Assembly (NCBI RefSeq): GCF_001194135.2 | Contig: NC_068988.1 | Span: forward strand, 27,300,748 to 27,364,747 | DNA: 64,000 nucleotides | Source: Octopus bimaculoides | Taxonomy: Eukaryota | Direction of reading: 5' to 3' | Part shown: piece after piece, positions 62,057 through 64,000 of the stretch | Position numbering within the stretch: the stretch's first letter is position 1 | How the letters are laid out: every line of letters begins with the position of its first letter | Program-made: the position numbers and the translations under genes | Notes under the pieces: generated by a model | Database searches by the model: none | What the model saw: only the letters and a program-made list of their open reading frames with translations | Told to the model about the DNA's origin: nothing

Positions 62057-64000
62057 TTCTTAATGTATATTCAATTGATATATATATATATATATCATCA
62101 ATCATCCTTTAAACATACGTTTTCCATGCTGGCATGATAAATATACACACACATATATATATATATGTAGAGAAAGAGAAAGAAACAGATAGACAGACAG
62201 ACAGATATAGATGGATGTATAAAATCTCACAAAGTAATCTTAATAATGCCTTTAAAGGAGGAAGGAAAGACGTTAGAAGAATAAAAAGACAAATGTCAAC
62301 ATTTATAGAAATAAAACTGATTCAAGTTTTTCTATAGACATCACTTATATCTGGTAGAATACTCCTTTATAATTTGATCTAATTATTTCCTTAGTGAATT
62401 CTATCTTATTCCAATTCTTATTTCTTGTATTCCTTGATTTTTCTCTGCTTTTTTTTCTTGTCTTTATTGCAACTCTGAATATCTTTCCATGGAACCTTAA
62501 TGATCCAAAATCAGTCTTTTCTTTCCTATCATTACTTCTTATAACTTAACATTTATAAACAATACTTGGTGACTCATTTTGTTATATGACCTGAATTCAG
62601 TCTCTAAGCTTTCAACAGAAGGCGTATATCCTGTGTAAAATTTTTCATCTAGTTCCACTTCAGAATATTTGAGTTTTTACCAGCTTCACTTGCCTAACAG
62701 TGGCACACTTTTTGACACAAGTGTATCATATAGCTAGTCTCTTTCTTCTGAGGAAGTAGCTATTTTAACTCATTCGGCACACACACACACACACACACAC
62801 AACACTGGAACAATTCAGAAAGTAATAACATTCTAAGAATTAAACCAGACATTACAAATTAAAAACAAGTGGAAATTATAGAAATTGCAAAGAACCAAAC
62901 TTTTAGGTAAAAAAAAAAATCTAACCAGAAAATTAATATATATGGTCCCAGCTATTATAAGGGAGATAATCATTTCATCATAATACAAAGCAGGATAAGA
63001 AATTTGAAACAGAAATTTAAAATTACATTGAGTTTCTCTGCCCTAGGTGTCAGGAAGACACTCGGCAAGAAATGCAAACAGAATTGTAAGAAGATGATAA
63101 TGATGATAATTATAATAATGATAATAGTATTAATAATAAGAAGGAGAAGATTCAGAATGGTACAGGACAAAAAAGTATGGTATTACATAAAACTATGTAA
63201 AAAAGAAAAAAAATATATATATATATATATCAACCAATGACAAGAGAACAGCAGTCACATAATCACCTTTATTAGGTTACAGTTAATTCTGCTATAGGAT
63301 GTTACAAAACATTCAGTTCTGAGAATGCTGCTTTTTATAGCAGAAACAACTGTAAGCTAATGAAGTTAATTATGTGACTCCTGTTCTCGTGTCAGTCAAT
63401 ATTTAAGATTATGCTCTGCACTTGCCTAATATTTTACGTGTATATTGAGTTCTAACAACTCGTTATTAGTATCACTATGGCTTGGTAAAATCATAAGATG
63501 CACACACACACAGATATATGAATACACACACACATGCACATACAAAAACACAGTAAATAATAATCACTATATTCAAAAGCCTGATGTTAATGCCAAATAT
63601 GTACTTTAAAATAGGGTGTCCACACTAGGATACATGAGCGTGCATATTTTTGTATCATATATATATATACACATGCATGCACACAAACACACATATATGC
63701 ATATATTTGTGTGTGTGTATATATATATACACCGTCTGCAAGTAGTTGGGTTCAGCATATTATCCTCCATTTTCTAATTGTTACACAAATTTTGGGTAAA
63801 ACCTCCACTTTTACCCGCTCCCATTGATTGCACCTAGGATAGCACTAGTGTAGCAATAATTGGGTACCCTCCCAGCAGTATACTGGATAGATACTATCCC
63901 TTAGTGGGTTGAACCCCCAACCCCTAACTCTCTCATGTTATATATATATATAACGAAAAAAATTTAGAAAATGGACATGTGGCCTTCATATAACTTATTA

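Overview
AT-rich eukaryotic (metazoan) genomic DNA with 10 N-gaps, dense microsatellites and many SINE/LINE fragments. The SINE families resemble those I recall from Octopus, so a cephalopod source is inferred, not verified. One gene is well supported: the 3' five exons (2951-19894, + strand, 503 codons in frame) of a Lys/Gln/Ser-rich protein ending KKKARREN*, resembling metadherin/LYRIC and carrying a 10x SEQxGKKG octapeptide array. A second, unidentified minus-strand gene is hinted at by exon-like segments at 46441-46533 and 43684-43804. Main discovery: five type I hammerhead-ribozyme motifs. One is complete (17564-17614, -); two are near-complete (43259-43327, +; 61967-62056, +); one has a decayed core (38452-38559, -); one is truncated (43571-43692, -). 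All have palindromic or near-palindromic stem III and all lie at or near (AT)n tracts. Two are preceded by long inverted duplications of their own 5' part, and one lies 248 nt downstream of a Penelope-type GIY-YIG endonuclease remnant. Together these point to a Penelope-like/retrozyme system associated with (AT)n. Other mobile DNA: a 257-bp foldback MITE with a 9-bp TSD and inverted telomeric (TTAGGG)n arrays; an R4/Dong-type RLE retrotransposon fragment inside (TAA)n; a decayed BED-hAT transposon; a solo LTR with a 4-bp TSD; piggyBac-type TTAA MITEs; and a 287-bp templated intronic insertion flanked by a 10-bp direct repeat. Repeat boundaries without TSD evidence are approximate, and all family names come from motif recognition rather than database searches.
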